Assembly: GCA_963674735.2 (NCBI GenBank)
Contig: CAXXQS010000002.1
Coordinates: 320,001-384,000, forward strand
Length of the DNA stretch: 64,000 nt
Origin: Myxococcota bacterium
GTDB lineage: Bacteria; Myxococcota_A; SURF-8
Direction: 5' to 3'
Below are positions 27,907-37,656 of the stretch, in pieces. A program made the translations under genes and the position numbers. The notes beneath the pieces are model-generated. The model did no database searches. It was not told the origin of the DNA and saw nothing but the letters and a program-made list of their open reading frames with translations. The number at the start of each line of letters is the position of its first letter. Within the stretch, counting starts at the first letter, position 1.

Positions 27907-29565
27907 ATGATGACCATGTCCGACCGCTATCCACAATTTTTTGCCGACCGGATCATGAGCCATGATGAAGCGCTCAAGAATTCCATCAAATCCAACATGA
28001 CCGTCGCCTCGGGTTTCGCCACGTCGGAGCCGCATTCCTTCTACGATCATTTGTGGGACTTCATCCAGAAGGAAGACATCCACGACCTGGTGATCAAGCA
28101 AGCGCTCTTTATGGCTCCCCATCGTCTGTGTCTGGGCGATGCGCTGTCGAGCAAGGGCATGTTTCACGATATGGCGGCCAACGACTCCACCTCGATCTTC
28201 GCCAACATGGCCAAGAAGGTCAACGGCGTCACCCGCAAGCTGGAAGGCTTGAAGAAACTCATCAATCATTACGAAGAGTTGAAGGAACGCCGCATTCAGT
28301 TCTGCTCGCCGTTCATCGGCGGCGCGACCAACGCCATCATCCCCGACACCACCGTCACACGCATGCTGTACCCCGATTACGTGGGCCGTAACACCACCCG
28401 CATGGGCGTCACCAACATGCAGTCGATCCATTTCCCCGACGCGGTGGATTCCATGGGCTACGACCCGGACAACAACCCGGTGGTCGACACCTTCATCGCC
28501 GTCATGACGCCGCCCGACGAGAACGGCGACATGAGCAACGGCCCCGCCAACGGCGCCAACGGCGAGATCATCGAAAAAGTGCTGGCCAATGCGGATGCCA
28601 ACCTGCTGCTGTACGTCAATCCCAAATACCCCTTCACCCGCGGCATCAGCGATGCACCCAATACGGTGAACATCAAGCAGTTCGAGAAGCTGGCCAAGGC
28701 CGGACGCCTGTTCGTCGTCGAGGACGAAGGCAAGGTTCCGTCCCTGCCCGCCGACAGCTTCAAATCGCCCAACAAAGTCGAATTGGCGGTTTCGGAGCAT
28801 GTGGTCAACCACATCGAGATGAACAAGCATTACGCCAACGGGCGCGCCATCCAGGTGGGCTTCGGTTCCACCGGCGTGCTGGCCATCAAAGGTCTCAAGG
28901 ATTCAAGCTGGACCGGCCGCAGCTACACCGAAATGATGGAGCCCTTCACCCTGGATCTGTTCGACGCGGGCAAAATCGCGGGATCGCACTTCATCGAGAA
29001 GGACGGCACGCGCACCATACTCGACGGCAAAATGGTGTGCACCTTCACCATCTGTGAAGAAAACAGCGACTTCTACGAGCGCATCAGCAACAACCCGGCC
29101 ATCATCATCTCCCCCGCCTCGCGCGTAGTGATTCCCGAAGGTTTCCACTACGGACTGGGCATCAACAACTGCCTGGCGGTGGATTTCCACGGACACGTCA
29201 ACTCGGGCGGCCGTTACCGCAACCACCACTCGGGCGTGGGCGGCGGCGCGACCATCTTCCGCGGTCTGGGCAAGGGTGGTCTGGGTTATCTCTGCCTCAA
29301 ATCCACCCACACCACCGCCGAAGGCAAACGCCGTTCCAGCATCCTGCCTTACATGCCGGTAGGTACGCCGATCAGCCATATCGGCCCCGACCTGATGGGC
29401 GGCCGCGAGGGCGCACGCTTCTTCCTGGTCACCGAATACGGCGTGGCGCGTCTGTCGGGTCAGAGCCAGCACGAGTTCATCAAGAACCTGATCTCGGTGG
29501 CGCATCCCGACTTCCGCGACTGGCTCAAGGCGCGCGCCTGGGAAGAATTCCGCGTAAGCGTCTAA
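27907..29565 (+). CDS. Acetyl-CoA hydrolase/CoA-transferase family protein
   Basis: IQVGFG, YTEM, INNCLAVDFHGHVNS, SGVGG and VTEYGVA.L.G...LISVAHPDFR motifs. Confidence 0.85.
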   Translation: MMTMSDRYPQFFADRIMSHDEALKNSIKSNMTVASGFATSEPHSFYDHLWDFIQKEDIHDLVIKQALFMAPHRLCLGDALSSKGMFHDMAANDSTSIFANMAKKVNGVTRKLEGLKKLINHYEELKERRIQFCSPFIGGATNAIIPDTTVTRMLYPDYVGRNTTRMGVTNMQSIHFPDAVDSMGYDPDNNPVVDTFIAVMTPPDENGDMSNGPANGANGEIIEKVLANADANLLLYVNPKYPFTRGISDAPNTVNIKQFEKLAKAGRLFVVEDEGKVPSLPADSFKSPNKVELAVSEHVVNHIEMNKHYANGRAIQVGFGSTGVLAIKGLKDSSWTGRSYTEMMEPFTLDLFDAGKIAGSHFIEKDGTRTILDGKMVCTFTICEENSDFYERISNNPAIIISPASRVVIPEGFHYGLGINNCLAVDFHGHVNSGGRYRNHHSGVGGGATIFRGLGKGGLGYLCLKSTHTTAEGKRRSSILPYMPVGTPISHIGPDLMGGREGARFFLVTEYGVARLSGQSQHEFIKNLISVAHPDFRDWLKARAWEEFRVSV

Positions 29566-29584
29566 GCACCTTTTCACTTCGATA

Positions 29585-29958
29585 GCTAGCGGGCGTGGGC
29601 AACCACGCCCGTTTTTACGTGGGGGGCAGCGATTCCGCTCAAACGTTGGTCGGGTGAATCTCTTGCCCGACAATTCTTTCCGGATTTAACGACGGCCGGG
29701 TGGCCTGGTTTTGAGTGGGTGCCATAGTCTCACGAACGACGTTCGGGAGGCTGTGTCTTCTTTATTTTGCACAGCTTCCCACGATCCGTCGGATCGCGTG
29801 AAACTGTGGCACCCCTTCGTTTCGCTAATCTTTCGAAGTCCGGGCATCCGGCCTGTCGCACTCAAGCCTAGGTCGGGCAAATTTCTTGCCCGACATTTCG
29901 TCTCCGCTCTCACTCTTGCGACCTTCCTCCGCCTCACCAGGGAAAGAGCGTCTCCCAG
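29585..29958 (+). repeat. ~374-bp direct repeat, copy 1
   Basis: Near-identical to 30613-30985. Includes a terminator (29590-29616), REP-like hairpins and the last 25 nt of the C45 gene. Confidence 0.93.
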
Positions 29959-29961
29959 TAT

Positions 29962-29990
29962 TGTAGGTCGGACAGATTTTCTGTCCGACA
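29962..29990 (+). repeat. GTAG REP flanking RAYT
   Basis: TGTAGGTCGGACAGATTTTCTGTCCGACA, a perfect inverted match to 30582-30610. Confidence 0.92.
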
Positions 29991-30001
29991 AAAACAAGAG
30001 C

Positions 30002-30538
30002 TTATTCTCCGGCAACATCTTCATCTGCTGGCATTCTCTCTGCATCATAATATCCCATTCGCAGATATTTATGAAAGGTTGACCATTCCCAATCGGACGG
30101 TTTTTCAACCAAACCATGCTTTACCGGATTAAAATGGACATAATCAAAATGACGAATTAAATCGTTTTCGTCTTTTATTGCATGTTCCCAAAACCTGTGT
30201 TGCCAAAATCCGGCTTCACGTCTTTTCACCTGTTTCACTGTTCGATCCGAGCGCGTATCGAACGTGTCTTTCAATTGGTAAGAAACACTTCGTTTGATTA
30301 AACTCCAGCGAATTGAAAAATCAGCATCATCCGATGGCAACGTCCAGATGCAATGCAAATGATCCGGCAATAAAACCCATGCAATAATATCAAACGGATG
30401 CGCCGAACGTACATCGTTTACAGCTGTCCTCAACGCAAGACGTGCTTCCTGTTTACACAGTAAATCCCGCTGTTTATTGGTTACGACAGTGAAAAAGTAT
30501 GTACCGCTTTCAATATAAAGTCGTCTTAGATCCTTCAT
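30002..30538 (-). CDS. rayT: REP-associated tyrosine transposase (RAYT/TnpA-REP)
   Basis: TYFFTVVT, HUH motif LPDHLH, FWQHRFWEH, DYVHFNPVKHGLV and W.WST. AT-rich and flanked by REPs. Confidence 0.95.
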   Translation of the reverse strand: MKDLRRLYIESGTYFFTVVTNKQRDLLCKQEARLALRTAVNDVRSAHPFDIIAWVLLPDHLHCIWTLPSDDADFSIRWSLIKRSVSYQLKDTFDTRSDRTVKQVKRREAGFWQHRFWEHAIKDENDLIRHFDYVHFNPVKHGLVEKPSDWEWSTFHKYLRMGYYDAERMPADEDVAGE

Positions 30539-30581
30539 GTGAGGATTGTATCATTTGGGGTAATTAAACATCAAGAGAAAA

Positions 30582-30610
30582 TGTCGGACAGAAAATCTGT
30601 CCGACCTACA
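30582..30610 (-). repeat. GTAG REP flanking RAYT (inverted partner)
   Basis: Reverse complement of 29962-29990. Confidence 0.92.
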
Positions 30611-30612
30611 TG

Positions 30613-30985
30613 GCTAGCGGGCGTGGGCAACCACGCCCGTTTTTACGTGGGGGGCAGCGGTTGCACTCAAACGTTGGTCGGGTGAATCTCTTGCCCGACA
30701 ATTCTTTCCGGATTTAACGACGGCCGGGTGGCCTGGTTTTGAGTGGGTGCCATAGTCTCACGAACGACGTTCGGGAGGCTGTGTCTTCTTTATTTTGCAC
30801 AGCTTCCCACGATCCGTCGGATCGCGTGAAACTGTGGCACCCCTTCGTTTCGCTAATCTTTCGAAGTCCGGGCATCCGGCCTGTCGCACTCAAGCCTAGG
30901 TCGGGCAAATTTCTTGCCCGACATTTCTTCTCCGTTTTCACTCTTGCGACCTTCCTCTCCTCACCAGGGAAAGAGCGTCTCCCAG
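30613..30985 (+). repeat. ~373-bp direct repeat, copy 2
   Basis: Matches 29585-29958 with a few substitutions and an indel near the ends. Confidence 0.93.
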
Positions 30986-32517
30986 GGAACGGTCACGCCG
31001 GGAGCTTCCGAGGCCAGCACACCGGGGCCGCTGGCGTGGACGATCAGGGTTTTCGTGGCGGGCTTGAAACCGATGGTGTGCACGGTGGTGGTGCCCAGTT
31101 CCACCTGGTTGACCATCCACACGATGTCGGCGAGGTCGATGACCCCATCGGCGCTGGGGTTGTCTTCGTCCTGCGGGTCGAGGCAGGTTCCCAGCGACTG
31201 GATCAACTCGCCATAGCGCCAGCCTGCACTGATCGTGTCGCTACGCTTTCTGAAATGGTTGGTGACCAGCATCGTCTCGGTGTTGTCGAGCCCGTTGACG
31301 GCCGTATCCAGCGGCGTGCGGAAGGTGGCGAAGCCGTCCGGGTGATCGGGCTGGTCGTTGGTTTCGAAACAGGCTCCGGCGTAGCGGCCCGGTTTGTGGG
31401 GCGTGACGAAATGGAAGTTGTTGCCCGAGTTCCAGGCGCTCGTTTCCAGCGAATATTCGAAGGCGGTGAAGGGATCGGAGGAACCCTCGGCGGCCAGCAG
31501 CGCCTTGCGCAGGGCATAGGAACGCGGTTCGAGTCCAGAATAGACAATGCCTGAGCCGTAACGCCTCGAATCATGAATAAAGGCCGCCTGCCCGTCGCCG
31601 TTCATGCAGCTGTGACAGCCGATCATGCCGGGCCAGGTGACCAGCACGAGCTGCCAGCTTTCGTCTTCGGGCGTTTCGCTTACGACGACGGTCCCAGTGC
31701 CCAGCATCTGGTCGGGTCCGGCGTCCCAGTCGAGATTGCGCGCAACCACGGTTTCGCCGTCGGCGGTCAGCGATCCCCAGGCGGAGGCGGACGAGCAGCC
31801 GAACATGGCGATATCGGAAATGATGTTGGCCAGCACGATGTCCTGGAAACCGAAGGTGGCGGCGGTGCCGTCGGGCAGCATGATGGCCGTATCCTGCATG
31901 GAAACCACCGCATCGGCGATGCCGTGCAGCATGGCGTCCTGCTCATCGGTCAAGTCGACCATGGCCTCGACGATCATGCGGGCCAGCGCCACGTCGTCCG
32001 CAAAATCCTGCGCCACGTAATCGAGCAGATAGGACTGGTAGAATTCCATGATCTGATCGCCGAGCACCGCGCCCAGCCGATAACCGCGCACATAGGCCGA
32101 CCCCTTCAGACGCACCACCCGCAAGCCGTCCAGCGTCACGAGCGTCTCGTCGGGAACGACAATGATTTCGGCTTCCGTCTCGGCCTCGATTTCCGCTTCG
32201 GTTTCGACTTCGGCTTCGGCCTCCGCTTCCAGCTCGGCTTCGCCGTCGCCGTCGGGCGCGTCGACTTCCGGGGCGTCTTCCTCATCAGCGCGTTCGACAT
32301 CGGCCTCGGGCTCCGCGTCGACATCCATCTCCCCCAGCGCGTCATCGGCATCGGCATCGCCATCGCCATCCGTTTCGGCGGGGTTGTCCGCGACATCCAC
32401 ATCGCCGCCCTCCACGATGGAGCACGGTTCATTGCTGTTTGCACAAGCCGCGAGCGCAAATACGAACCAGCAACAGACCGCGCAAAACCGGATTTCGACC
32501 CCTGCACATAACGACAT
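30961..32517 (-). CDS. C45 family Ntn-hydrolase/peptidase lipoprotein
   Basis: G|CSSASAWG..T.DG....ARNLDW, GCHSCMN..G and TNHF motifs. LAAC lipobox and a long acidic linker. Confidence 0.82.
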   Translation of the reverse strand: MSLCAGVEIRFCAVCCWFVFALAACANSNEPCSIVEGGDVDVADNPAETDGDGDADADDALGEMDVDAEPEADVERADEEDAPEVDAPDGDGEAELEAEAEAEVETEAEIEAETEAEIIVVPDETLVTLDGLRVVRLKGSAYVRGYRLGAVLGDQIMEFYQSYLLDYVAQDFADDVALARMIVEAMVDLTDEQDAMLHGIADAVVSMQDTAIMLPDGTAATFGFQDIVLANIISDIAMFGCSSASAWGSLTADGETVVARNLDWDAGPDQMLGTGTVVVSETPEDESWQLVLVTWPGMIGCHSCMNGDGQAAFIHDSRRYGSGIVYSGLEPRSYALRKALLAAEGSSDPFTAFEYSLETSAWNSGNNFHFVTPHKPGRYAGACFETNDQPDHPDGFATFRTPLDTAVNGLDNTETMLVTNHFRKRSDTISAGWRYGELIQSLGTCLDPQDEDNPSADGVIDLADIVWMVNQVELGTTTVHTIGFKPATKTLIVHASGPGVLASEAPGVTVPWETLFPW

Positions 32518-32635
32518 GGTTCTTCCTCATTCAATCAATCGGTCATATGGCCCGGACTCTAGCAAACCCCCTTCAGCGAGTAAAGGCCAAAGGGAAGCGG
32601 GTCAGGTTTTCACGCTCGCGCACCGGATGGACGCC

Positions 32636-33940
32636 TCAAGTCGAGGTAGAGTCCGGTGCTGTTTGGGTCGGATAAACGTCGTCGGTTTCGACACGATTGT
32701 AGCCGTTGGCCTTGGCGTTGTAGAGCGCATTGGCGGCGCGCCCGAGCAGGGAATCCACCGTGCGCATTTCGGGACGCAACTCGGCCACGCCCAGCGAAAT
32801 CGTCACCGGCGCGGAACGCGTGCCGTGTCGCACCGGTTCCAGGGCCACGGTGGCGCGCAGACGTTCGGCGATTTCGGCCGCCGTCGACAAGGATGTCTGC
32901 GGAAGAATGACGGCCAGTTCCTGACCGCCGGTGCGTCCGGCCAGATCGTAGCTGCGGATCTGCGCGCGCAAGATATCGGCCACCCGTTTCAATACGACGT
33001 CCCCCAGCTTGCGCCCGAAGCGACCGTTGATCTCTTTGAAATGGTCGATATCCACCAAAACCAGCGAGATGGACGTCTGCAAACGCCGGGCGCGGTCCAT
33101 TTCCCGTTCGAGGTTCAACACCAGGGTGGGACGATTGGTGACGCCGGTAAGCGGATCGAGACTGGCGCGTCGCCGCATTTCCTCCTGCGCCCGGATGTAG
33201 CCGACCGTCGAGCGCCAGCCCACAAAATAAATCAGCGCCAGCATGGCCGCTAAAAACACGACTAAAATTACTACCCCGGAATACCGGCCGACCACGGTCG
33301 GGGGCTGCGGGGATTCGAACGGCAGCGAAAGCGACAGACCACCGATCAAGCTCGGATGCGCGCGTGAAGGTGCATGGCATCGAAGACAACGGGGGCTTTG
33401 CGGCAGCGGGTAGATGCTGCGCAGGTAGTCCCGGCCCTCGATGGTTTCCCGGCGTTGCACGACCCGTTTCCCGCTGTTGAGATCCTCCAGCGCTTCGCGC
33501 TCGACGAAGTCGGCCACATTGCGCGGGTTGATCGGATCGAGGGCGAAAAGCCGGAGGATCCCCGTCTTTTCGCGTTTCATGCGTTCGGCAAATTCGATCA
33601 GCAAGTGATGGGCAGGCAGATGTTCGAGACGCAAGCCCGTTTGCGTTTCCAGAAACGGCGGCAGCGTTGCGTCCGGGGAATCGTCGGTCGGAGGGAACCG
33701 ATACAAGCGACCGTCGTCCTGATCCAGAACCGGCAGGGCGGTCAAGTGGTCGAAATAAGCCTGCGAACGCTGCTCGGCCTGCAGCCGGCAACTATCGAGT
33801 TCCCGGAGATGGAAGGCGGTGAAGGCCAACAGAGAGAGCAGCAACACGGCCAAGGTGAACAAGGCATAAATCCCCCGGGCGCGCCTCAAACGTTGCTTGA
33901 GACGCGTCTCGGGGGTTTGATTCGGGGGAAAAGCCGTCAT
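32636..33940 (-). CDS. DUF3365-like heme-binding sensor plus degenerate GGDEF domain
   Basis: PINPRN..DFVEREAL, CLRCH, DPLTG, DIDHFKEIN and RSYD...GGQEL. Confidence 0.85.
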   Translation of the reverse strand: MTAFPPNQTPETRLKQRLRRARGIYALFTLAVLLLSLLAFTAFHLRELDSCRLQAEQRSQAYFDHLTALPVLDQDDGRLYRFPPTDDSPDATLPPFLETQTGLRLEHLPAHHLLIEFAERMKREKTGILRLFALDPINPRNVADFVEREALEDLNSGKRVVQRRETIEGRDYLRSIYPLPQSPRCLRCHAPSRAHPSLIGGLSLSLPFESPQPPTVVGRYSGVVILVVFLAAMLALIYFVGWRSTVGYIRAQEEMRRRASLDPLTGVTNRPTLVLNLEREMDRARRLQTSISLVLVDIDHFKEINGRFGRKLGDVVLKRVADILRAQIRSYDLAGRTGGQELAVILPQTSLSTAAEIAERLRATVALEPVRHGTRSAPVTISLGVAELRPEMRTVDSLLGRAANALYNAKANGYNRVETDDVYPTQTAPDSTST

Positions 33941-33985
33941 GTTGCGCTTACCGGGTGCACGGCTGGGAAGGCCAAAGCCATGCTC

Positions 33986-34840
33986 CTAGAAGTTGTAGTT
34001 TTCGTTTTCCACGTCGAAATCGGCGTCGACCAGTCCGACGTTCACTTTGATGTCTTCGTAGCCGTAATCTTCCACCAAACGCATTTGACCATCTTCGAAG
34101 TTCCAGATCTGAACCTTGTTCGGGAGGTTCAAGGTTTTGTGCACGCAGATGTGCGCTTTCGAAGCGTAGTATTCGGGATGGGCTTTTTTATCCGTTTCCG
34201 CTTCGAAGCAATAACTGGGCGCGCCGAGAACGGTTTGTTCGCCCAGGAATTTCACCTTCGAGTTCCATTCGGGATGCGCGACGGACAACTCCACGTCTTT
34301 GGCGATCAGCTGGACGGTGTGGGGAAAACCCGCCTGCGTGATGGGGTGGCGGCTGTCTTTCATCGCCATCCAGTCGGTGGTTTTGAGGTTGACGGTGATG
34401 TCGGGGAACGAGCCTTTGTGGGCGCGCAGTTTGTTGGAATTCCAACCCAACTTCCAGATAACTTCCTGGTTGTGTTTATGCTCGCCGAGCCATTTCATGT
34501 AAACCGAGCGCGGCTTTTTGCGGAATTTCATAAACGCTTTTTCCAGCGGCAGGTCGCCACCCTTATATTCTTTCTTGTAAAAAACCGCCGTAAAGTCTTT
34601 CAGACGCGCCACCGCCGCCTTGCCCTTGCGGGTGAGATCGTAGGCTTTCTGCAGATCGGGAGACAACGCGGGTTTCTCGGCCGGTTTGGCGGCCGGTTCG
34701 GCTTTCACCGCCGCGACGTCTTTGGCGGCTTCTTTGCCCGCCTCTTTGACGACGGCTTTTGTCGGGGCCGCCTCTTGGGCCATCGCGATATTGGCCAGGG
34801 CGAACAGAACGATCATCATGAAAAGGCCGATCTTCCTCAT
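33986..34840 (-). CDS. DUF1571-like exported protein
   Basis: Signal peptide, KFRKKPRSVYMKW, SRHPITQAG and EDYGY.DIKVNVGL.DADF. Confidence 0.7.
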   Translation of the reverse strand: MRKIGLFMMIVLFALANIAMAQEAAPTKAVVKEAGKEAAKDVAAVKAEPAAKPAEKPALSPDLQKAYDLTRKGKAAVARLKDFTAVFYKKEYKGGDLPLEKAFMKFRKKPRSVYMKWLGEHKHNQEVIWKLGWNSNKLRAHKGSFPDITVNLKTTDWMAMKDSRHPITQAGFPHTVQLIAKDVELSVAHPEWNSKVKFLGEQTVLGAPSYCFEAETDKKAHPEYYASKAHICVHKTLNLPNKVQIWNFEDGQMRLVEDYGYEDIKVNVGLVDADFDVENENYNF

Positions 34841-35008
34841 TCCTTACTCCTTTCAGGCTTCCATCCGGGCATTTTGTCATGTCATGCGATTAGGCAGGCT
34901 GTATGCGCTGCAGATAACGAAAACCCTAGCATATATCCGGGGATATCGCCAAATCAAATCAGGACGGAATGATGATGAGCAGGATCGTTTCGGCGGGCGG
35001 GCGGGCGG

Positions 35009-35548
35009 TCAATCCTCTTCGTAGTACTCGGGATAATGGCGTTTCGCGCAATCGGGACACATGCCGTGGCTGAAATCGGCTTCGGAATGCTCGGAAATGT
35101 ACACTTCCAGTTGTTCCCAGGCGCCCGTATCATTGCTAATTTTCTTGCAACTCGAGCAGATAGGCAAGATGCCTTTCAAACGCTGAATTTCAAGTTGGGA
35201 GCGATGATAGCGATGATAGGTTTCGGCCAAGTGGCCGTAAGCGCGTTTATATCTGGATGTCTGGCGAATGATCACGATCATCAGGGCGAAACCCAGCGTC
35301 AGAGCGGCGATGATAAATTCGTCCAACTCCAGATGCTCATGTTCCCGAGACAACATGACCAGTTTTTCGAGCAGATCGAAGTGTGTGGAAAGGATAAAGG
35401 CAAGGACTGTCGGCAGAATTAAAAACAAGATCGCCAGGCCGGGGTCGGGACGCAGGTTTTCGATCGTTGGATCAGGCTGCGCCGCTGATGAAGGCTTTGC
35501 AACCGCCAACCGGCTCGAATGCTTGTGCGGATTATCGGAGAGAGTCAT
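35009..35548 (-). CDS. Membrane protein with a C-terminal Cys-rich (zinc-ribbon-like) signalling domain
   Basis: Two TMs, then LKGILPICSSCKKI...W.QLE.YI...FSHGMCPDC. Confidence 0.75.
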   Translation of the reverse strand: MTLSDNPHKHSSRLAVAKPSSAAQPDPTIENLRPDPGLAILFLILPTVLAFILSTHFDLLEKLVMLSREHEHLELDEFIIAALTLGFALMIVIIRQTSRYKRAYGHLAETYHRYHRSQLEIQRLKGILPICSSCKKISNDTGAWEQLEVYISEHSEADFSHGMCPDCAKRHYPEYYEED

Positions 35549-35700
35549 TCAGGCCTCCTTTGAGGATGGCTCCCAGCTGAGCATCTCCATGACAAGCCAT
35601 CTTGCCGCTATTTCAGATACCCGCTCTATATATCAATCGTCATTTTTTCCCCAAATTTCACTGTTTTTCAAATGATTGCCCTTATTTCGGATAGGATTGC

Positions 35701-36396
35701 TCAGAATCCGATGCGTTGCGGCGTGAAGTCGGTCAAGGTGTCGGGATCGCTCAGATTCTGTTCCAATGCGGCTTCGAGCGCCTGAATCAGGCGGTCATCT
35801 TCGGGTTTTACCTTGGGATGGAAGGCGGCGAAGACATTCCCGCGGCGATCCACCAGGTATTTCTGGAAGTTCCATTTGACTTTCCCCGCCACCGGGCTGT
35901 TTTTCGTCAGGTAGGTATAAAGCGGCGACTGATCGGAGCCTTTGACCGACAGTTTGGAGAACAGGGGGAAAGTCACCTTGTATTTGCCGGTGCAGAAAGC
36001 GGCGATTTCGCCGTCGGTCCCGGGTTCCTGCCATAGAAAATTATTGGCGGGAAAGCCCAACACCTCGAAGCCCTGTTCGCGATATTTTTCGTAAATACGC
36101 TGCAAACCGGCATATTGCGGCGTGTAGCCGCACTTGCTGGCCGTGTTGACGATCAGCATCACCTTGCCCTTGTAGGCCGAAAGCGCCTGCGGTTTCTGGT
36201 CGATGCGCGTCAGCGTGAATCCGTAGATCGGACTGTCCGCGACAGGCTTTTCCACCGGGATCACTTGCGCCTTGGTCGGGGCGGGCGGGACCGTTTTCGC
36301 AGCGGGCTCCGGGATCGGTTCGGCGGCGGATAGCCAGGCGGTTATAGCGGCGGTAGCCATGACCAGAAACAGGATCATCAGATTCGGGCGCGGCAT
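35701..36396 (-). CDS. Glutathione peroxidase (Cys type), exported
   Basis: VNTASKCGYTPQY, LGFPANNF..QEPG and KWNFQKYLV motifs. Confidence 0.93.
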   Translation of the reverse strand: MPRPNLMILFLVMATAAITAWLSAAEPIPEPAAKTVPPAPTKAQVIPVEKPVADSPIYGFTLTRIDQKPQALSAYKGKVMLIVNTASKCGYTPQYAGLQRIYEKYREQGFEVLGFPANNFLWQEPGTDGEIAAFCTGKYKVTFPLFSKLSVKGSDQSPLYTYLTKNSPVAGKVKWNFQKYLVDRRGNVFAAFHPKVKPEDDRLIQALEAALEQNLSDPDTLTDFTPQRIGF

Positions 36397-36563
36397 CGTT
36401 TTATCCTCCCGGTTTATGGAATCCTTATCTATTCAGTGATGCTACTCGAAGAGGAGGCATTCCGGAAATCTTTTTCACGGCGGGTGTTTGGGATGAACCA
36501 ACCTGGGGGAAAGATGGGACGGATTTAGTTCGCGAAGCCGAATTTTATCGAGGTCTCCCCCAT

Positions 36564-36764
36564 GTTGGAGCGTCGGGTGCCACGGGCCAAGCGAATGAAA
36601 TGGAGCTTGCCCGTGTTCGAAGATTATGCACATGGGCAAGCTGTGCTTCGCCCATGCCACCCCATTGATACATCGTTCAGCCCTGGTCGGGCAAATTGTG
36701 CCCGACAATTCATGTGTTGGACAGAAAATCCCCAAGTTGAAGCGCGTCTCCCGACGGGCTCCAA
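36564..36764. repeat. REP mosaic
   Basis: GTTGGAGCGTC, GGGTG doublet at 36575-36662, GGTCGGGCAAATTGTGCCCGACA at ~36685, GTTGGACAGAAAATC and GTTGAAGCGCGTCTCCCGACGGGCTCCAAC at ~36737. Confidence 0.75.
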
Positions 36765-37656
36765 CCTCCCCGTTGGTCAGGTCAAGCAGGAGCATGGCTC
36801 TGTCATGCTCCGCGCGGTTGTCTTGCTTTTTCATCATGGTTCCACAACCAGCCCGTCTTCGCCTGTGACGAATCCACCCCTCCTTGGAAAGGAAAAATCA
36901 CCGAAAAGCGATTTTTCGCCACCGGAAAGCATTGAATCAATCATGCTCCATCGACCTGAAAACGGCCCATTTCGGCCCGTTTTCGCCGTTTTCAAATGCA
37001 TTTGTTGAAATCACTGCGTTTTTCGGCGTGAAATCGGGGGGTCGGGTCGATTTCCTACCAACTTTCCGGGTTTGCCCTAATACGTCACACCTGATCGGGG
37101 GTGACATTAGCCGGAAGCCTGCTCGCCGTCGCCTCGGATGCCATCCCGCACAGGCTTGTTTATCTAAAATCATCCATTATTACAGCTAGATAGGCGGTCT
37201 AACCTAAATTCGGCGGAAGCGGAGATCCCTGTGACAGACCGGGCGCAAAGCATCTTATTAGACCTTTAGTATAGTATATTTAATATATTATACTAGAAAT
37301 ATTTAAAGGGAGCACTTTAAATTCGTTGATATCATTGGCTTTTTTCTACTTTCCCCTTTCAGCATCGAAATAGCGGACAAAAACGGCAGGGAAACCGGAC
37401 TTTTCTCGTGTAAATACATGGGGTTGGAGTCGTCAAGGGCGCGTCGTGAGGGAACGAACGACCGCACCCGACTCGAAACGAGCGCGGGAAACGACGTGCA
37501 TCAGAATGAATACATCTGCGCTTCGTGCGAGAAATTCCGGCAAACGGCCGCTTCGACGTTTTGGAAAAACCTTCACGACAATTTCATGGCGTGGGCGCAA
37601 CGATGTGCTAAACTCCGGCGGAATGAGAAACGGATGAGCATGAGCGAGGTGATTCG

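Noticed and set aside
29686-30941. Duplicated small ORFs (MSGCHSLTND..., ...CRARNLPDLG...)
   Set aside because: They are translations of the non-coding palindromic direct repeat.
37060-37250. c-di-GMP-I riboswitch or group II intron start (GGGCAAACC, GCGCAAAGC, TTGCGCCCGG)
   Set aside because: The partial motifs are on different strands or lack the required neighbouring elements.
37256-37330. oriC or dif site
   Set aside because: There are no DnaA boxes (TTATCCACA) and no convincing XerC/XerD arms.
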